Of a DNA stretch of 13,844 nucleotides, positions 1 to 7,837 are shown in pieces. Made by a program: the position numbers and the translations under genes. The number at the start of each line of letters is the position of its first letter. Position 1 is the stretch's first letter. The notes under the pieces are model-generated. The model saw only the letters and a list, made by a program, of their open reading frames with translations. It was not told where the DNA came from and did no database searches. The DNA is from a virus. Its lineage: Duplodnaviria; Heunggongvirae; Uroviricota; Caudoviricetes. The stretch is taken from IMG/VR virus record IMGVR_UViG_2711768045_000004. One strand, written 5' to 3'.

Positions 1-63
1 CACCCGCGGTGACTGCTCTGATTTAACCGACTCGTTCAGGCTTGCTTCGTGAATATCCTGCAT
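1..63 (-). CDS. L: Minor tail protein L, N-terminal fragment (runs off the window edge)
   Basis: Reverse complement of 1..63 reads ATG CAG GAT ATT CAC GAA GCA AGC CTG AAC GAG ... = MQDIHEASLNESVKSEQSPRV, matching the lambda gpL N-terminus (MQDIRQETLNEC..., from memory). The ATG overlaps the M stop as ATGA. Only 21 codons are visible. Confidence 0.75.
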   Translation of the reverse strand, partial: MQDIHEASLNESVKSEQSPRV

Positions 64-392
64 CAGTTCACCACCTGCTTAAACTCCGCGCTGAACTCAA
101 CGCGCAACATCCCGACCCGCGCAGACCACCCGGCACAGGTCACCTTTATCTGCCGGTATGCATAGGGTGGCTTCCACAAAAATGCCTTCCAGCCCCCGTG
201 CTCTGCCAGGAACGCTTCCAGATGCCGGGCCTCCTCCCGGCTCACGGAAAGCATCACCCGGTATGTTTTCAGGTCAGCATTCAGCCCTGCCGCCATACGC
301 TGTGAGTACCCGTCACCAAAACGCACTTCACGCACCGACGGCTGCGAGTTCACCTCCATATCCGGCTTCACTTTCCAGCGAAAGGTTTTCAT
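63..392 (-). CDS. M: Minor tail protein M
   Basis: 109-aa ORF (MKTFRWKVKPDMEV...RVEFSAEFKQVVN), near-identical in length and sequence to lambda gpM (109 aa). ATG at 392..390 overlaps the H stop as ATGA. Confidence 0.95.
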   Translation of the reverse strand: MKTFRWKVKPDMEVNSQPSVREVRFGDGYSQRMAAGLNADLKTYRVMLSVSREEARHLEAFLAEHGGWKAFLWKPPYAYRQIKVTCAGWSARVGMLRVEFSAEFKQVVN

Positions 393-3001
393 CGCCCGCT
401 CCCTGATAACATACCGCCATCACGCAACTGCAGCCGGAGTTCATCCTGCGCCCCCTTACGGGCCATGTCATACACCGCCTTCATCAGCTGCGGCCCCGCC
501 TGTCCGTTGATACCGTCGTTCTGAATCACCACGTGATTGTTCTGATTAAAATTAATACCTTCCGCCCGCCGCATCTGCGCCGGACTTCCGGCACCACCCA
601 CATAACCCCCTTCCGCATAGCCGCGCATCAGACGGTAAAGATTCCCCACGCCTATCCGGCTGGTTGCCTCCTTCGTGAAAACAAACTCCCCGCGGTGAAC
701 TATCCCCGCAGGCTCATATTTGCCGCCCGTCCCCGTAAATCCGCCGGTCGCAAAATGAAAGTTCGCCGCCGCAGCCTCAATGGCCGTTCCCGTGGAAGCG
801 GATGCGCCACCACCGAAAGCACCACCAATGGCGCTGCCGATACGCCCGACAATGCCCACCATGGCCTGTTTAAGCAGGATTTCTGTCATCATGGACAGCA
901 CCGAACGGGTGAATCCCCGCCAGTCTGCCTCTGCACCGGTCAGCATCGCCGCCATATTCTGTGCAATACCGTCAAAGGTCTGCGTGGCAGCACTTTTAAC
1001 CTGCGAAAAACTGTCCGTCGCACTTTCCGCCCACTCTCCCCAGCCGGACTTCAGCCCGGCCAGCCAGTCACCGCGCAGCATGTCTTCATCCGCCCATGTC
1101 TGTTTCAGTGCCCCGGTGACCCGGGCCAGCGCCTGCGGATTATCACCGTACACGTCACGAAGACGCTGCGCTTCAGACTCCCGCTGCGCCTGACGGTCAG
1201 TGAGACCGCGGGCTTTTGCGCTGATGGCGGCCTGCTTCGCGCTCTGTTGCTCTTCAAACCGCACCGCCTGCTGTGCCAGCTCATTCAGCCGTTTCTGGCG
1301 CTCCACCTTGTCGCCCAGCTCAGCCAGCTGGCGTTTGTACTCCAGCGTTTCTTTCTCATGAGCCAGCAGGGATTTCTCCTGCTCAGATAACTGTCGTTTC
1401 GTGGCAACCTCTTTCAGGACCGCATACTGACTTTCCGCCTTCCATAAATCACGGCGCTGCCGGCTGATTTTCTCATTCGCACCGCTGTGTTTTTCCAGCG
1501 TCCTGAGCTCAGCTTCAAGGGCAAGCAGAGCCTCTCTTGCCTGCTCCTCTTCCCTCTCCCCGGCAGAGCGCGTTTTCGGTGATGTATGCTTTTTACCTGT
1601 CAGCTCTTCAGCCAGACGGCTGACGGCTTCCTGCTGCCCCGGACCTTTGCTGACGCCTGTTGCACGCGAACGGTTGATGTACCCCATTTCCCCCTGGCGT
1701 ATACGCGCATCCCGTTCCGCAATGGATTTTCTCAGCGCCAGTTCATCACGTTTTGTTTTCTCAATAAATACGCGGTTCTCTTCTGCCAGTTCACCAAACA
1801 ACGCACCAACGCCGGGCACATTCTTTGTCGTTTCCCAGGCTGACTGAATAAATTCAGCCAGCGCCAGATCCCCCTGCACAAGCAGCAGCTTCACCTGTTC
1901 AACGGTTCCGGCCACCACGTCAGTGATCAGACTGAGTGCCCCCAGTGTATGATCACCTATCCATGCCCATGCGTCAGAAGTCCAGGTTTTAACATCGTCC
2001 CAGATTTTTTCCACCGGCGTGGCCGCTTTATCAAGTTGCTCCAGACGTGCATTCATGACATCCGCAAACAGGGACATCGCCTCCGTCACCGCAGCCTGTT
2101 TACCTTTCGTGCGCTCAAGCTCATCAATATGGCGTAACTGGGAAACGCTCAGGAAGTTATACTGCTGATTCAGGGAGGCCAGCGCCTTCACCGGATCTGC
2201 TGCAATCCCTTCAAAGGCTTTTTCCACCTTCCCGGCATCGTCTCCCACCGTCTGCAGCCATCTCTGAGAGGTTTCCCCCATGATCCGTAGCTGCCCGGCG
2301 GTATATTTCCCGCTTTCTGCCAGACGGGCCAGATTTTCTGCCGCCTGTCTGATACCACCACCGGCTTCATCGCTGATCACCCCGGCCATTTTCCACAATT
2401 CGGCCGTTGTGGTGGCAGCCGCCCCTCCGGTCAGGGTCAGTGAACGCAATAAGGCCCGGTCAGCCTGCTCTGCCTGCCAGGCGGCGGCAGCAAGCGCGGC
2501 CAGTACGGCAACCCCGCCACCTGCCGCCACACGGGCCACCGACATAAATCGCCCCAGTTCACCGGCATTCCGGGCATTTTCAGCCAGTGCATTTGCCGTA
2601 TCTGACAGCGAATCCTCTGATGATTCAGAGGCATCCCTGATCCCGAGAAGTTCCTCCTTCAGCAGGGTAAGCAGGCTGAGCGGTCCACCGAATGAATCGC
2701 TGATCTGCCCCCCCTGCTGCAGCATGATAAGGAAGGGATTCTGACCACCGGCAAGCTGAGTGACAATATCCGTGAACTGTGCGGGCAGTGTGCGCATGGC
2801 AGCCTTATACTGTCCGACTGATATCCCGGCTTTTTGTGCAGCCAGCGCCTGGCGGCTCAGCCCCTGTTCAACAGTACTGGCGGTTTTTCTGGCATCCGCC
2901 TCCAGACTGGAAAAATGGCGGCGTACCCGGGCCATCTGTTCATCAAACCGGGCCGCATCCAGACTCAAATCAATAACCAGATCACCCGCTGGCTGGGACA
3001 T
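389..3001 (-). CDS. H: Tail tape measure protein H
   Basis: 870-aa ORF. The N-terminus (MSQPAGDLVIDLSLDAARFDEQMARVRRHF...) and C-terminal half (...ELRTLEKHSGANEKISRQRRDLWKAESQ...GGFTGTGGKYEPAGIVHRGEFVFTKEATSRIGVGNLYRLMRGYA...) match lambda gpH (853 aa); the middle section is divergent. The start overlaps the end of the T frame. Confidence 0.95.
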   Translation of the reverse strand: MSQPAGDLVIDLSLDAARFDEQMARVRRHFSSLEADARKTASTVEQGLSRQALAAQKAGISVGQYKAAMRTLPAQFTDIVTQLAGGQNPFLIMLQQGGQISDSFGGPLSLLTLLKEELLGIRDASESSEDSLSDTANALAENARNAGELGRFMSVARVAAGGGVAVLAALAAAAWQAEQADRALLRSLTLTGGAAATTTAELWKMAGVISDEAGGGIRQAAENLARLAESGKYTAGQLRIMGETSQRWLQTVGDDAGKVEKAFEGIAADPVKALASLNQQYNFLSVSQLRHIDELERTKGKQAAVTEAMSLFADVMNARLEQLDKAATPVEKIWDDVKTWTSDAWAWIGDHTLGALSLITDVVAGTVEQVKLLLVQGDLALAEFIQSAWETTKNVPGVGALFGELAEENRVFIEKTKRDELALRKSIAERDARIRQGEMGYINRSRATGVSKGPGQQEAVSRLAEELTGKKHTSPKTRSAGEREEEQAREALLALEAELRTLEKHSGANEKISRQRRDLWKAESQYAVLKEVATKRQLSEQEKSLLAHEKETLEYKRQLAELGDKVERQKRLNELAQQAVRFEEQQSAKQAAISAKARGLTDRQAQRESEAQRLRDVYGDNPQALARVTGALKQTWADEDMLRGDWLAGLKSGWGEWAESATDSFSQVKSAATQTFDGIAQNMAAMLTGAEADWRGFTRSVLSMMTEILLKQAMVGIVGRIGSAIGGAFGGGASASTGTAIEAAAANFHFATGGFTGTGGKYEPAGIVHRGEFVFTKEATSRIGVGNLYRLMRGYAEGGYVGGAGSPAQMRRAEGINFNQNNHVVIQNDGINGQAGPQLMKAVYDMARKGAQDELRLQLRDGGMLSGSGR

Positions 3002-3844
3002 ATCTCACACCTCCGGAAATCCCCGCTGAAGCCATCATTAATGCAACATCATCTTCGCTGACATCCACCACATCCGCAGAAGGTGAAATATCGCCCCCTC
3101 CGTCCCCTCCGAACCGGACGCCTCCGGCAACTCCTGTCGCTTTCTGCATCAGCATGTCTTCCTCGTCCGGCATCTCCGTCTGCTCTTCCTCACACGCTGG
3201 AGCAAGCAGACTGAAATCCGCCGGATGCATATCCGGATCGCCAAAAAACAGGCTGAGTACGGCGTACATCAGCCCGGAAAAATGAGCGTCCAGTTGGGTA
3301 TCCTGAAAATAATGCGTGCAGTAAAAACGTCGCCAGTCGGCATATTCGGTGGATGTCATCCCGGCAAGCATGGCGCGCCAGTCGGCTCTCCCCATCTCAC
3401 GCGCCAGTTTCAGGACAAAGTTCAGCTCGCCTTCGAATGCTTTTTTGATGTTACCGGCTCAGTCGCTTCTGCTTTCCCGGTTTGTTCAGGATCGGCATCG
3501 TGCCGGTTATCCAGCATACCTGAAAGATAAAGCACCCGGTTCGTTGCCTGATTCAGTGCATCAGCAGGCCATCCCAGCATCACTTCACGGCGGATCTGCT
3601 GCATCTCTGTCTCCGGAGAGGCCAGAGTGCCTTTGAGGGAATGGGAATGCCATAGCGACATCGCCACAAGCAGGGATGCCGTTTCCAGATATCGCTGGTT
3701 AATGTGCACGGCATCATGCTTCGTTGTCTCCTGTTGTTCTGCGTCTGAAACAAACTTTATATAATCAAACCGCTGCAGCGCGGACAGTTCCGACAGCGTG
3801 ACGGACACACCGTTATATTCAAATTGTTCTGTTTTCAGGAACAT
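2982..3844 (-). CDS. T: Tail assembly chaperone G-T fusion made by programmed -1 ribosomal frameshift at 3446..3440
   Basis: The -1 frame downstream of the slippery heptamer is open to the TGA at 2982..2984 and reads KKAFEGELNFVLKLAREMGRADWRAMLAGMTSTEYADW..., homologous to the lambda T part of gpG-T (..FDGELSFALKLAREMGRPDWRAMLAGMSSTEYADW.., from memory). The T frame has no credible independent start/RBS at the position-equivalent site. Confidence 0.8.
3422..3844 (-). CDS. G: Tail assembly chaperone G (zero-frame product)
   Basis: The track ORF 3422..3958 contains MFLKTEQFEYNGVSVTLSELSALQR..., matching the lambda gpG N-terminus. The in-frame ATG at 3844..3842 gives 140 aa (lambda G = 140 aa) and is preceded by GGGGAGGAG (RBS). 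The longer track start (GTG at 3958) would overlap V and is rejected. Confidence 0.9.
   Translation of the reverse strand: MFLKTEQFEYNGVSVTLSELSALQRFDYIKFVSDAEQQETTKHDAVHINQRYLETASLLVAMSLWHSHSLKGTLASPETEMQQIRREVMLGWPADALNQATNRVLYLSGMLDNRHDADPEQTGKAEATEPVTSKKHSKAS
3440..3446 (-). other. Programmed -1 frameshift slippery heptamer A AAA AAG
   Basis: Minus-strand sequence ...ACA TCA AAA AAG CAT TCG... in the G zero frame: the heptamer A_AAA_AAG is in the correct X_XXY_YYZ phase, 6 codons before the G stop, at the same relative position as lambda's G_GGA_AAG. Confidence 0.75.
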
Positions 3845-3860
3845 GCTTGATCTCCTCCCC

Positions 3861-4610
3861 TCAGCCCGCAGCGCCATCCGTGACGGTGATCTCCGCCACC
3901 GCCGCAAACTCACCATTGCCGGTGACAACAGGGATCTGTGCTTTACCTGCCGCAACACCTTTCACCGTGATCGTGTTCCCTTTCACGGTAATGGTGGCGA
4001 AATTCTGATTTGCCGACGTTGCGCGGAATGTTTTATCCGTTGCGCCTTCCGGCTGAACGGCCACAGTCAGGGTGGTGCTCTGACCTTTTGCCACATTCCC
4101 CGTTAGTGGCGTCACGGTAATACCGGTGACCGGTGTGATTTCTCCCCGATCCTCCGCCAGCGAAGGACGACCGATATTGGTGATTTTTACCGTACGGGTA
4201 ATCACTTCTTTGGCGGTCACCGCTTTACCAATGGCGCTCACCCAGCCACGGAACACATCCACCGTACCGTTCGGGAAGCGGATTTTGTAGGCCCGGGTCT
4301 CACTGCTGTCAAACCAGGCAATCAAATCACGCTGCCCTTTCTCGCCGGGCTTCCAGGCCAGCGTAAAACTGGTGTCACCGGCAGATTTCTGCCCCTGCCC
4401 GGTGGATACCCAGTCGGCATCCTCATCATCCAGATAGTTATCGTCGTAGGATTCCGCCGTCATCTCGCCGGGGGTCAGATCCTTTATTTTTGCCAGACGC
4501 GTCCACTCATCATCTGACAGCGGGTTTGCATAAGCATCGCCCTTACCGGTGTAAACCCAGAGCGTGGTGCCGGAACCTTTTACCGGCGCCAGGGGATTTG
4601 GTTTTGCCAT
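3861..4610 (-). CDS. V: Major tail protein V
   Basis: 249-aa ORF ([33 protein letters not shown]...), matching lambda gpV (246 aa), including the C-terminal Ig-like region (...[14 protein letters not shown]..). RBS GAGGA upstream. Confidence 0.95.
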   Translation of the reverse strand: MAKPNPLAPVKGSGTTLWVYTGKGDAYANPLSDDEWTRLAKIKDLTPGEMTAESYDDNYLDDEDADWVSTGQGQKSAGDTSFTLAWKPGEKGQRDLIAWFDSSETRAYKIRFPNGTVDVFRGWVSAIGKAVTAKEVITRTVKITNIGRPSLAEDRGEITPVTGITVTPLTGNVAKGQSTTLTVAVQPEGATDKTFRATSANQNFATITVKGNTITVKGVAAGKAQIPVVTGNGEFAAVAEITVTDGAAG

Positions 4611-4617
4611 ATCATCC

Positions 4618-5013
4618 TCACATCTCGTATGTAATGGAATAAGTCAGATCTGCAGAGCTCCACAATGCCATATCGTCATCACGACGATACTCATAGCCCT
4701 GCGTAACCATCGTGGTAATCATGCCTGCCAGTGCAGGGATCGCCGCCATCGCCGGGTAAATCCGGCTTTCCATCCACTGATCAAGCTCTGAATCCGGTAC
4801 CTGTGCCGGTAAAAACACCTCAATATGCAGTGTGGCCCGCCAGGTATCTGCATCCAGCTCTTCACCGGTATACTCTGCATCCGTCAGATAAACCGCGATC
4901 GCGGGAAAATCCTCTTCGTCAAAAACAACGGGGCGACCATCAAACAGCGTCGCCCCGTGTTCATGCTGCTCGAGTGCATCCAGCACTGCGGCACGAATAT
5001 CAGTGTGTATCAT
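4618..5013 (-). CDS. U: Tail terminator protein U
   Basis: 131-aa ORF ([28 protein letters not shown]...LTYSITYEM), matching lambda gpU (131 aa). The start overlaps the Z stop as ATGA. Confidence 0.95.
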   Translation of the reverse strand: MIHTDIRAAVLDALEQHEHGATLFDGRPVVFDEEDFPAIAVYLTDAEYTGEELDADTWRATLHIEVFLPAQVPDSELDQWMESRIYPAMAAIPALAGMITTMVTQGYEYRRDDDMALWSSADLTYSITYEM

Positions 5014-5585
5014 CGTTTTATCGCGATCCTCAGTTGTTGTTTCAGCGCATATGCCAGTTCTTTGGGCAGGCGTTCACGACGGATACGGTCAACGTTTTCA
5101 TCAAACGCCTGTTTCAGTGGGGCCGCCATCGGGATTTTCACCACCTGAATGGGAAGGCGATTACGCTTTTTCCTGCCCTTGTCGTCATAGCCCTTCTCAT
5201 ATCTGGCTTCGGGAAGACGTTGCATAACATGCCAGCGCCCATTATTTAATCGCTGGATAAATGCCCGCTGATAACGATGCTGACCGGCTTTGAGTATGCT
5301 GTCCGGACGACGCCCCAGCATTCTGATCCCCAGCTTAATCACAGGGAGATCACCGCGGTTAACGATAATTTTTGCATTCGGATTTCTGACCGTGGCCCGT
5401 TTCAGTCTGGACCGTTCCTTAACCAGTTTCCGGCGTACCTTTGTCTCCCGGGCAACCTGTGATGAAGACTGATTAATCGCCGTTGTGGCCACGCGGTTAA
5501 TCGTCATTGCTGAAGCAGCAGGAATGGCGTTTTTACGAACCCGGCTCAGATTTTCAATCGCCTGATCAAGCCCTTTTATCGCCAT
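5010..5585 (-). CDS. Z: Tail completion protein Z
   Basis: 191-aa ORF (MAIKGLDQAIENLSRVRKNAIPAASAMTINRVA...LRIAIKR), matching lambda gpZ (192 aa). Confidence 0.95.
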   Translation of the reverse strand: MAIKGLDQAIENLSRVRKNAIPAASAMTINRVATTAINQSSSQVARETKVRRKLVKERSRLKRATVRNPNAKIIVNRGDLPVIKLGIRMLGRRPDSILKAGQHRYQRAFIQRLNNGRWHVMQRLPEARYEKGYDDKGRKKRNRLPIQVVKIPMAAPLKQAFDENVDRIRRERLPKELAYALKQQLRIAIKR

Positions 5586-5600
5586 AATTTCACCCTGCGT

Positions 5601-5954
5601 TTATCGTCGCCGGTTAACAGCGGGTGGGTGCCCACGGTTGAGCCAGAGATAACAGCTGCCCCCGTCATCCGGAGAAACACGATCCACCCAGAACATCCCG
5701 CCGTTAATGGTCAGCGTGTCACCACGCCGCACGGCACGCACCGTATCCGTCCGCACAAATAATGACGGGCTGCTTCCTTCAATACGGACCCCGCCACCGG
5801 CAAAACCCAGCGACTCCGGATCGTCAAAAACCCCCTGAACTTCGCCGCCACGCTGTGCACCGGAGGTGAACTGCGCACGGATCCCCATCACTTCAACTAT
5901 CGTACTGTCCACCCCGGAGAGGGCAGCATCAAAGGCATTCTGAAAATCACGCAT
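5601..5954 (-). CDS. FII: Head-tail joining protein FII
   Basis: 117-aa ORF (MRDFQNAFDAALSGVDSTI...WVDRVSPDDGGSCYLWLNRGHPPAVNRRR), matching lambda gpFII (117 aa) with a near-identical C-terminus. The start overlaps the FI stop. Confidence 0.95.
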   Translation of the reverse strand: MRDFQNAFDAALSGVDSTIVEVMGIRAQFTSGAQRGGEVQGVFDDPESLGFAGGGVRIEGSSPSLFVRTDTVRAVRRGDTLTINGGMFWVDRVSPDDGGSCYLWLNRGHPPAVNRRR

Positions 5955-6315
5955 AAACGGCCATTCCGCTCTTGACCATGTCTTTTGCCTCTGAGGGAGG
6001 CATCAGAATTACTCTGCCAGCATCAACATACTCAACGGGCTCCCCTGTTTCATCGTCAACCCCACACAGGTAAAAACACTTCAGAAGTCTGATACGTTCC
6101 AGAATACCTAAGGCATCCTCATCGGTGTTCCTGTATGCCTGCTCATGAACGACATCATCAACACCTGAGATTTCATTTTCCGATGCGCAAACCTCCTCTT
6201 CCCACTCAGCCACACGCTGTGCGATATCCGCTGCACTCCCCGACATATCCGGCTCGCGCCCCAGCAGGCCAGCCAGTTCACGAAGACGTTTCTGATTTTC
6301 TTCTTTTGTTGCCAT
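5947..6315 (-). CDS. FI: DNA-packaging / head assembly protein FI-like
   Basis: Position between E and FII, and N-terminus MATKEENQKRLRELAGLLG.. resembling lambda gpFI (MTKDELIARLRSLGEQL..); the rest is divergent from lambda. Start placed at the ATG at 6315..6313 (about 122 aa); the track's GTG at 6342 lies inside the upstream hairpin loop. Confidence 0.75.
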   Translation of the reverse strand: MATKEENQKRLRELAGLLGREPDMSGSAADIAQRVAEWEEEVCASENEISGVDDVVHEQAYRNTDEDALGILERIRLLKCFYLCGVDDETGEPVEYVDAGRVILMPPSEAKDMVKSGMAVYA

Positions 6316-6331
6316 ATCCAGCCCCCCAGTG

Positions 6332-6360
6332 AAAAAAGACACGGGGGCATTTCGCCCCCG
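6332..6360 (-). terminator. Putative intrinsic terminator/attenuator hairpin immediately 3' of E
   Basis: Minus strand after the E stop: TAA TCCGGGAG CGGGGGC-GAAAT-GCCCCCG TGTC TTTTTT CAC. Perfect 7-bp GC stem, 5-nt loop, then a U-rich tract (UGUCUUUUUU). Confidence 0.45.
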
Positions 6361-6368
6361 CTCCCGGA

Positions 6369-7397
6369 TTATTTCACCTGTACCACCACAAACTCATCCG
6401 GATCCGGCAGCACCATCAGCGGTGCAGACTGCGTCATGGTGAATTCACGGGCCGGATCGCCCACGGTCAGCCAGTGTTTCGGGTAACGGGAAGAAGCCAC
6501 CACACCTTCGGACAACGCCTGCGCATCCTGAATGGCACCATAGCAACGGATGCCCTCAGCAGCCGTATTTCCCAGGACCAGCGTGCCCTCCGGCAAATAA
6601 CGTTTTTCGGTACCGTCCTCTGCCACATAAGACGTTTTCGCCACCACAATGGCCAGATCGCCGTAATACCCTTTGAAAGACACCACCGCCCCCAGGTCTT
6701 TCACTGCCGTTTCGAGTTGTGAATTTGAGCCGCGACGGGTATCCAGTTTTTCGCGGAACAGCTTAAAGCCATTCAGCAGACGCCAGACGGTACCGTCCAT
6801 AATGGCAATATTCACAAGACCGCTGGCCTGATCACAGAAAAGGTCGATATCATATGTCGGGTCGAACGTGTCACGGTCCTGTTTTGACCACTCCTTACCG
6901 CTACCCTGTATGATGTTATTCTTCGTCGATCTGCCAAAATCAACCTCAATTTTCTCGAACTGGTCTCCTTCCATGGTGTATTTGCCATACAGCACGGCAT
7001 TCACCGCCTGCACTTCTTCCACCTGGACAATGGCGTGCTCTTCCTGTTTGAGGTTATCGGTGATGATACGCAGACGACGGTAGGCCGGGTCGTTCAGTTG
7101 CGCCGGATCTTCACCGGGAAGGCGCTCCACCGCCTGCTGGTAATTAAATTCGTGTTTCGGCTTGACGTAGCCCGGACGTAACACGCGGGTTTCACCACCA
7201 CGATGACGCAGCACTTTTCCTTCAACAACCGGGGAGACATAGGCTGCCACCGGCGTTTTTCCGGTAATTTTGTCCAGCATCACCTCTTCGGTGTGGAAAT
7301 TCACCGTACGGCGGAAAAACAGTTCCAGAAACAGCGCACGAAATTTCACTTTTTGTTCGGTATAACCGAGTAACTGGCGGGTCGTAAACAATCCCAT
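6369..7397 (-). CDS. E: Major capsid protein E
   Basis: 342-aa ORF (MGLFTTRQLLGYTEQKVKFRALFLELFFRR...TGDPAREFTMTQSAPLMVLPDPDEFVVVQVK), matching lambda gpE (341 aa) throughout. RBS AAGGA 8 nt upstream. Confidence 0.97.
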   Translation of the reverse strand: MGLFTTRQLLGYTEQKVKFRALFLELFFRRTVNFHTEEVMLDKITGKTPVAAYVSPVVEGKVLRHRGGETRVLRPGYVKPKHEFNYQQAVERLPGEDPAQLNDPAYRRLRIITDNLKQEEHAIVQVEEVQAVNAVLYGKYTMEGDQFEKIEVDFGRSTKNNIIQGSGKEWSKQDRDTFDPTYDIDLFCDQASGLVNIAIMDGTVWRLLNGFKLFREKLDTRRGSNSQLETAVKDLGAVVSFKGYYGDLAIVVAKTSYVAEDGTEKRYLPEGTLVLGNTAAEGIRCYGAIQDAQALSEGVVASSRYPKHWLTVGDPAREFTMTQSAPLMVLPDPDEFVVVQVK

Positions 7398-7426
7398 AAA
7401 TCAGTTCCTTTCATTCAGAAATCAGT

Positions 7427-7446
7427 CAGGCCACCGCGGTGGCCTG
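7427..7446 (-). other. Perfect 20-bp palindrome (potential RNA hairpin or protein-binding site) in the D-E intergenic region
   Basis: CAGGCCACCGCGGTGGCCTG reads identically on both strands; it lies 8 nt after the D stop codon and about 30 nt before the E start. Confidence 0.4.
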
Positions 7447-7454
7447 ATAACGTG

Positions 7455-7802
7455 TTACGGCAGCGCCGCGTGACTCAGGGCTGTGCCGACAAAGGCGTTG
7501 GCCTTTTTGTGTTCATCCACACGTTCAGGCCAGTGGATTGCCTCCGTCGCAAAGGTCCCCGACTTGTAATAGGTCAGCACCGTCTCTGTGCCTTCAAGCG
7601 GCAGTACCAGTATGCCAACCGCACTACCGGCTTTCTGTCCGTCCCAGACCACCAGTTTCCCGGTGGACTCATCCAGCATCAGGGGGGTCAGTGCCGGTGT
7701 TGCCTGAGAAATCCCGCTGCTGCCTGTGGCGGTATGAGCCGGATCATTACCGGCAAAAATACGTACTTCCGCACGTTGTTCAGTGATGGTTTTCGTCACC
7801 AT
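7455..7802 (-). CDS. D: Head decoration protein D
   Basis: 115-aa ORF (MVTKTITEQRAEVRIFAGNDPAHTATGSS...TPLMLDESTGKLVVWDG...YYKSGTFATEAIHWPE..), matching lambda gpD (110 aa). Confidence 0.95.
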   Translation of the reverse strand: MVTKTITEQRAEVRIFAGNDPAHTATGSSGISQATPALTPLMLDESTGKLVVWDGQKAGSAVGILVLPLEGTETVLTYYKSGTFATEAIHWPERVDEHKKANAFVGTALSHAALP

Positions 7803-7837
7803 TTTGTTAAAACCTCATATTGATGTCAGCACTGACT

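Noticed and set aside
3472-3478. Lambda-like GGGAAAG heptamer near the end of G
   Set aside because: It is in the wrong phase for a -1 slip (zero-frame GGG AAA G), and the -1 frame from there reaches TGA within 6 codons. The functional site is the in-phase A AAA AAG at 3446..3440.
3845-3958. 5' extension of the G ORF in the track (GTG start at 3958, 178 aa)
   Set aside because: It would overlap the last 98 nt of V in another frame. Lambda G starts at the MFLKTEQ methionine, which here is the ATG at 3844 with a strong GGGGAGGAG RBS.
6316-6342. Track start of FI at 6342 (GTG; MSFFTGGLD..)
   Set aside because: That GTG lies in the loop of the post-E hairpin with no RBS. The ATG at 6315 (MATKEENQ..) aligns with the lambda FI N-terminus and has a G-rich RBS-like sequence upstream.
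7803-7837. Small inverted repeat (GTCAG TG CTGAC) in the C-D spacer
   Set aside because: Only a 5-bp stem with a 2-nt loop; it is too short and weak to call a regulatory hairpin, and the spacer is otherwise explained by the D RBS (GAGG).
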